Source: Actinomycetota bacterium (GTDB lineage: Bacteria > Actinomycetota > CADDZG01 > JAHWKV01 > JAOPZY01). Taken from it: a stretch of 59,472 bases of DNA. The stretch is taken from positions 1 through 59,472 of the forward strand of contig JAOPZY010000023.1 in NCBI GenBank assembly GCA_025963875.1, written 5' to 3'. Both the position numbers and the translations under genes were made by a program. Of the stretch, positions 55,066-59,472 are shown piece after piece. Under the pieces are notes generated by a model. That model was not told the DNA's origin. It did no database searches and saw only the letters and a program-made list of their open reading frames with translations. Positions within the stretch are counted from its first letter, which is position 1. Every line of letters begins with the position of its first letter.

Positions 55066-56205
55066 GTGCCACTCACCGACGACGCACGCAAGGCCATCGC
55101 CGACCAGGCGTGGGCAGTCGCAGAGAAGATGAAGCCGAGCGCTGCCTCCCTCGACGCCAACCGCACCTACCCGGACGACCACCTCGACGCGCTGGCCGGG
55201 GCGGGCCTGATGGGCCTGCTCGTCTCGCGGGAGCACGGCGGCCTGGGTGGCGACCTCACCAGCCTGGCCCTCGTGTGCGAGGCGGTCGGGTGGGCGAACG
55301 GCTCCACCGGGCTTGTCTACCTCATGCACCTGTGCGGGACGGCCACGATCGGGGCGAAGGCAACCCCCGAGCAGGCCCAGGAGTGGCTCGTCCCCGCAGC
55401 CACCGGCGACACGCTGGCGACCCTCGCCTTCAGCGAACGCGCCAGCGGTGCCCACTTCTACATGCCGGAGATCAAGGCCGAGAAGTCCAACGGCGGCTAC
55501 GTCCTCAACGGCAGGAAGAGCTTCGTCACCAGCGGCGGCTACGCCGACCTGTACCCGGTGCTCGTCAACGCCTCGGGCGGCGAGGGGCTCGACGTGCTTG
55601 TCGTCCACGGTGCCGACAAGGGCGCATCCTTCACCGGCGCCTGGGAGGGCATCGGCATGACCGGCAACTCCTCCATCGAGATGGGGCTCGACGGCGTCGA
55701 ACTCCCCGCCGACCGGCTCGTGGGGGCCGAGGGCGACGGCCAGGAGCTGGTCTTCAACGTCGTTGCCCCCACGTTCCTGATTGGCCTCGCCGCCGTCAAC
55801 GTCGGCATCGCCCAGGCCGCGCTCGACGACACGATCGAGCACGTCAAGACCCGCCGCAACGCCGGCGGGATCCTCGCCGAGCTGCCGACGGTCCAGACCG
55901 AGATCGCCGAGATGACCATCGCCGTCGAAGAGGCCCGCGCGCTGGTCATCACGGCGGCCAGGGCCGCCGACGCCGGCGACCCCGCCGCCCTGCCGCTCGT
56001 GATGCAGTCGAAGATCGGCGCCACCGAGGCCGCCATCGATGTCACGGGCAGGGCCATGGAGGCCTGCGGAGGCCTGGCCTACTCGAAGCGCCTCGACATC
56101 GAGCGCTACTGGCGGGACGGCCGGGCCGGCTCGGTCATGGCCCCCACGAACGAGGTCCTGAAGCAGTGGGTCGGCAAGCTGCAAACCGGCCTGCCGCTGT
56201 TCTAG
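55066..56205 (+). CDS. Acyl-CoA dehydrogenase-fold flavoprotein (possible DszC/SfnB-like monooxygenase)
   Basis: GTG after AAAGGAG; LAFSE, LNGRKSFVT, W.GIGM.GN.S, GGLAY, IERYWRD; VMAPT at the usual IYEGT position. Confidence 0.88.
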   Translation: MPLTDDARKAIADQAWAVAEKMKPSAASLDANRTYPDDHLDALAGAGLMGLLVSREHGGLGGDLTSLALVCEAVGWANGSTGLVYLMHLCGTATIGAKATPEQAQEWLVPAATGDTLATLAFSERASGAHFYMPEIKAEKSNGGYVLNGRKSFVTSGGYADLYPVLVNASGGEGLDVLVVHGADKGASFTGAWEGIGMTGNSSIEMGLDGVELPADRLVGAEGDGQELVFNVVAPTFLIGLAAVNVGIAQAALDDTIEHVKTRRNAGGILAELPTVQTEIAEMTIAVEEARALVITAARAADAGDPAALPLVMQSKIGATEAAIDVTGRAMEACGGLAYSKRLDIERYWRDGRAGSVMAPTNEVLKQWVGKLQTGLPLF

Positions 56206-56212
56206 TGCCCCG

Positions 56213-57016
56213 ATGACAACTGACCGCCTCCTCGTCATCGGCGCCGTCGCGTACGACCCGAAGGTCGTGCCGATCTGGGAGTCCATGCGCGACTACTTCC
56301 GGGATGCCGGAGTGCCGATCGACTACGTGCTCTTCTCCAACTACGAAGCGCAGGTCGATGCCCTCTTCGCCCGGAGCATCGACCTGGCCTGGAACACCAA
56401 CGTGGCGTACGTGAAGTCCGAGCAGCGCTCCGGCGGGATGTGCCAGGTGCTCGGCATGCGCAACACCGACGTGGGATTCACCACCCGCATCGTCGGCCGG
56501 GGAGAGCGTCTGGGTGGGCTCGGTGAGCTGAAGGGCAAGCGGCTCGCCCTCGGCAGCGCCGACTCCGCCCAGGCGGCCATCCTCCCGCTGCAGTGGCTGC
56601 GGCAGGCTGGCCTCGAGCCCGGCGGGGACGTCGAGCTGCTCCGTTTCGACCTCGACGTCGGCAAGCACGGCGACACGGGCACGAGCGAGCTCGAGGTCCT
56701 GCGAGCCCTCCACGAGGGTTACGCCGACTACGGCGCCGTCGGGGACCCCACCTGGATCCGCGAGCTCGAGGCGGGCCACGTCAACAGCTCGCTGGTGAAG
56801 TCGCTGTGGACCTCGCCGCCATACTGCCATTGCAACTTCACGGCGCTGCCGGACTTCGACCCCGCGTGGGCAGCCCGCTGGAGCAACGCCTTGCTGGCGA
56901 TGAGCTACAACGATCCCAAGTGGCGCCGCCTGATGGACCTGGAGGGCCTGACCGCCTGGGTGCCGGGCCGCAAGGCGGGCTACGAGGAACTGACCTTCGC
57001 GCTGAGCCTGACGTGA
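56213..57016 (+). CDS. PhnD/SsuA-fold (PBP2) protein without signal peptide
   Basis: GAVAYDPKVV.IW, YEAQVDAL....IDLAWN, LKGKRLALGSADS.QA, YCHCNF. Confidence 0.85.
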   Translation: MTTDRLLVIGAVAYDPKVVPIWESMRDYFRDAGVPIDYVLFSNYEAQVDALFARSIDLAWNTNVAYVKSEQRSGGMCQVLGMRNTDVGFTTRIVGRGERLGGLGELKGKRLALGSADSAQAAILPLQWLRQAGLEPGGDVELLRFDLDVGKHGDTGTSELEVLRALHEGYADYGAVGDPTWIRELEAGHVNSSLVKSLWTSPPYCHCNFTALPDFDPAWAARWSNALLAMSYNDPKWRRLMDLEGLTAWVPGRKAGYEELTFALSLT

Positions 57017-57048
57017 TCCCGCCCCGGCCCGCTCGGGCCGGGGCGGGA
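57017..57048. terminator. Perfect GC hairpin between convergent genes
   Basis: TCCCGCCCCGGCCC-GCTC-GGGCCGGGGCGGGA. Confidence 0.75.
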
Positions 57049-57062
57049 ACTCGCCTTGCAGC

Positions 57063-58118
57063 TCAGAAGCGCTTCACGAGGGTGGCGACCGTCACGTGCG
57101 GCCAGCTCAGCCCGAGGAAGTTCAGCAGGACCGTCTGCGTGTACTGCAACTGCAGGAAGCTGCCGTTTCCGTGCTTGACCGTCTCGATCCAGAACGTCGC
57201 GGTCATCTGCGCCGCGTCGGCGTTGGCGATCAGGAACGGGATGTTCTCGACGCCGCCGCCGCCGTTGTTGATCTTGTGGACGGTGGGCGGGTTCGTGCCC
57301 TCGGTGAAGCTTGCCACCGTCCCGATGTTGAGGACGACGGTCTCCGTGATGGTCTGGCCCGCGATGGCCGCCGCAAGGGCGACATTGGGGTTGGTCACCA
57401 TCGCCTGCGTGATCCCGGCCGGCACCGGGTTGGTGCGGAACGGGTTCGGTGGCCCGAGGTTGTACTCGGGGAAGCCGTTGGGTGTGTTCTGTGGCGGCAC
57501 ATTGCCACCGACGGGGAACGGCACCGTGTTCGCGAAGGCGAACTTCGGCACGGTCACCGTGAAGGCTGTCCCCTCCGCAGCGAGGGCGTTGCCGTGTGGG
57601 ATTGTCGCCAGGCGCGTGACGCTCGCGGTCTCCACCGGGTCGGTCGTCGACGGCACGTTGATCCAGATGCCCGGCTCCAGGTGGAGCGCACCGCCGTCGG
57701 TGGCGTCGCTGATCTGCTGCAGGTAGTGGAGGCCGAACAGGTCGATGTCGTTCTGGCCGCTCCCGCGGTTGGGGATGGACGAGCCGATCGTTCGGAAGTC
57801 GAGCTCCTCGTTGGTCAGGTTGAGCTCCAGGAAGATGTCGTTGTGGCCCTCGAAGTCCGGTCGGGCGATGAGGTTGAACCCCCTGCCGGCCCAACGGCCG
57901 TTGAGCTTGGCGAGCAGGCCGAGGTTGGCGATCACCGTATCGGGCGGCGGCGCTGCCCGGAACGACGGGATCCGCTAGAGGATCGGGGTGACCACGTCGG
58001 GCACAGGCGTCGGGGCCGTTTGGACGGCCCCCGTCACAGCACCCGTGACGTCGGTGACCACGTTGCCCACAGCGGCGCCGACCGCCCCGAGGGCCGACGA
58101 GATTGGATTGTCAGGCAT
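57063..58118 (-). pseudogene. Putative heme-binding (FMP-peroxidase-like) protein gene interrupted by an in-frame TAG
   Basis: ATG 58118 after AAAGGA; TAG at codon 48 (57975-57977); same frame continues with W.G.GFN.I.RP, IPNRG, LH.EPG.W, IPHG, LQY.Q.V.L.F....WPHV.VATL. Confidence 0.65.
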
Positions 58119-58420
58119 TGACTTGTCCTTTCATGCCGGGTCATTCCGTGACCCGGTGGCGCGTAGCGAATCGGCGGATGGTGTGCGGCTGTTCGTCGTT
58201 GGCGACCCCCTCCGGCCATGCTCTCCGCCGCCCTCGCGCTAAATGGCGCGTTCCCTGCGTTTGGCTCGTAAGCATCAAACCTTACAAACCATGTCACCCA
58301 CAATGGTGCACGCACCCCAAACCGCACGGTGGTGCTGACACCAAGGTCCGAGCGCGAGTTCAGGAGCCGGAATTCCCCACCCCTGGACGCCCGGTGGCGA
58401 CGTGCGCGTAAGCTGGAGCC

Positions 58421-59472
58421 ATGGACATCGACCCCGTGGAGATCGGGATGGCGCTCTCATCCATCCCGCTCTTCCGCGAGCTGCAACGGCTCCTCATGTC
58501 GCAGAGCAGCCCGGTCAATTGGGAGATCGCCGGGCAGATCTCCACCGCCGTCGCTCAGATGCGAGGGTCGGGCGACCGGCCCGGTCCCGGGGAGCAGGCG
58601 GAGTTCGAGGAAGACTGCCGGCTCGCCGAGATGCGGGTTGGCCAGCTCACCGGCCTCGAGTCCCCCGGGTCGATCACCAAGGTGGAGGTCGTCGACCGGG
58701 TCGAGTGGGCCCAGGCCAACCTCGAGGCCATCCGCCCCTTCATGGAGCGCCTCTCGGCCGGACTTGGGGGAGCACTCAGCGGGGGCCTCGGCAACCTGGG
58801 AGGCCCCGGCGGCTTCGGGGCCACGAGCGGTTCGGAGGAGGAGGCAGCCGCCGTGCCGATGAGCGCCGCCCTCGGCATGCTCGGGCCGCTCATCTTCGGG
58901 CTCGAGGTCGGCTTCCTGATGGGCTTCCTGTCCCGACGGGTGCTGGGGCAGTACGACCTCTGCCTTCCCCGCGGCGACGGCAACCGTCTCTGGTTCGTCT
59001 ACCCCAACATCGCCGAAGCCCAGGCCAGCCTCGGGCTCGACGCCCGGCAGTTCCGCATGTGGCTGGCACTCCACGAGGTCACCCACCGGTTGGAGTTCGC
59101 TTCGATCCCGTGGGTGCGCAGCCACTTCACCGGGCTCGTCGAGCGCTTCATCGACGCTGCCGAGATCGACTCCGGCGAGGCGATGAGCCGGCTGCAGTCC
59201 CTCGGCGATCCCGAGCAGCTGAGCCATCTCATGTCGCATCCCGAGGAGCTGCTCCCGATGTTGATCACCCCGCCGCAGCAGGAGTTGGCCCGGCAGATCG
59301 AGACGCTGATGGCGTTGCTCGAGGGCTACACCGAGTGGGTCATGGAGCAGATCGGCTCGGAGCTGTTGCCGGAGTTCTCGAAGATCCGGGAGGGGCTCAG
59401 CCGCCGGAAGGCGGAGCGGTCGTCGGTCGAACGGCTGCTGGAGGGCCTCCTCGGCATCGACCTCAAGCCCGC
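58421..59472 (+). CDS. DUF2342/Zincin_2 zinc-dependent metalloprotease (3' end runs off the window)
   Basis: PVNWEIA, R.EW..AN, LS.RVLGQYD, W.ALHEVTH, M.LLEGY; TAAGCT 6 nt before the ATG. Confidence 0.92.
   Translation, partial: MDIDPVEIGMALSSIPLFRELQRLLMSQSSPVNWEIAGQISTAVAQMRGSGDRPGPGEQAEFEEDCRLAEMRVGQLTGLESPGSITKVEVVDRVEWAQANLEAIRPFMERLSAGLGGALSGGLGNLGGPGGFGATSGSEEEAAAVPMSAALGMLGPLIFGLEVGFLMGFLSRRVLGQYDLCLPRGDGNRLWFVYPNIAEAQASLGLDARQFRMWLALHEVTHRLEFASIPWVRSHFTGLVERFIDAAEIDSGEAMSRLQSLGDPEQLSHLMSHPEELLPMLITPPQQELARQIETLMALLEGYTEWVMEQIGSELLPEFSKIREGLSRRKAERSSVERLLEGLLGIDLKP

Noticed and set aside
56213-57016. Phosphonate ABC transport system
   Set aside because: No phnC or phnE genes and no export signal.

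Overview
High-GC chromosomal window from a probable Actinomycetota bacterium. The assignment is inferred from whiB1-pdtaS, bldC, sigH/rshA-type genes, UPF0182 next to tRNA-fMet, and argS-lysA next to tRNA-Arg(CCG). It holds about 57 coding regions, 2 tRNAs, no CRISPR array and no intact mobile element. Main points: (1) A complete archaeal-type end-resection cluster nurA-herA-sbcD(mre11)-sbcC(rad50) lies head-to-head with ku, 103 bp apart. An exact PafBC/RecA-NDp DNA-damage promoter motif (TGTCGG-N10-TAGCAT) precedes a leaderless nurA. (2) A LysR-linked operon of unknown function encodes a TusA-like/ferritin-like diiron fusion, an acyl-CoA-dehydrogenase-fold flavoprotein lacking the usual catalytic Glu motif, and a signal-peptide-less PhnD-fold protein. 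This is architecturally reminiscent of DszC/DszB desulfurisation and is a candidate new sulfur or selenium pathway. (3) About 12 intergenic palindromic elements, most of them 48-50 bp, share covarying stems. (4) Several decay scars: an ABC ATPase reduced to a 20-codon stub, a frameshifted Uma2 nuclease, an in-frame amber codon in a heme-binding protein gene, and an IS-like end. All calls come from reading motifs by eye; no database searches were run.
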